Shown piece after piece: positions 63,868 through 64,000 of a stretch of 64,000 nt of DNA. This stretch comes from Podarcis filfolensis (Eukaryota), in NCBI GenBank assembly GCA_964270895.1, contig OZ185447.1; one strand, given 5' to 3'. The notes beneath the pieces are model-generated. The model was not told the origin of the DNA. It saw nothing but the letters and a program-made list of their open reading frames with translations, and searched no databases. The position numbers and the translations under genes were made by a program. Within the stretch, counting starts at the first letter, position 1. Each line of letters opens with the position of its first letter.

Positions 63868-64000
63868 TGATGATGATGATAATAATTTATTTGTACCCCG
63901 CCCATCTGGCTGGGTTTCCCCAGCCACTCTGGGCGTCTTCCACAGAGACCAAAAATACACTAAAATGCCACACATTAAAAACTTCCCTGAACAGGGCTGC

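Overview
Eukaryotic (vertebrate) genomic DNA from a squamate lizard, probably a lacertid; this is inferred from Sauria SINEs and lizard-type MITEs. The window holds two divergently transcribed, spliced genes. FAM117A is on the minus strand: coding exons 1-5, ATG at 34874, remaining exons off the left edge. KAT7 (HBO1/MYST2 histone acetyltransferase) is on the plus strand: coding exons 1-13, ATG at 41597, last exons off the right edge. Each gene has its own CpG-island promoter, about 6 kb apart. All 18 exons were placed by protein similarity to the human proteins as I recall them, plus GT-AG boundaries and consistent reading phase. Introns and the intergenic spacer are dense with transposon relics: a young CR1 LINE, L2-type 3' ends, Sauria and tRNA-derived SINEs, and Tigger-like, Tc2-like and hAT MITEs. 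There is one 139-N assembly gap. Most ORFs in the supplied track are spurious. I found no convincing novel multi-gene system. The best leads are a degenerate Penelope-type hammerhead ribozyme in the intergenic spacer, a candidate alternative first exon or uORF in a YY1-motif array at the KAT7 promoter, inverted MITE pairs flanking KAT7 exons, and several informative nested or tandem insertions.
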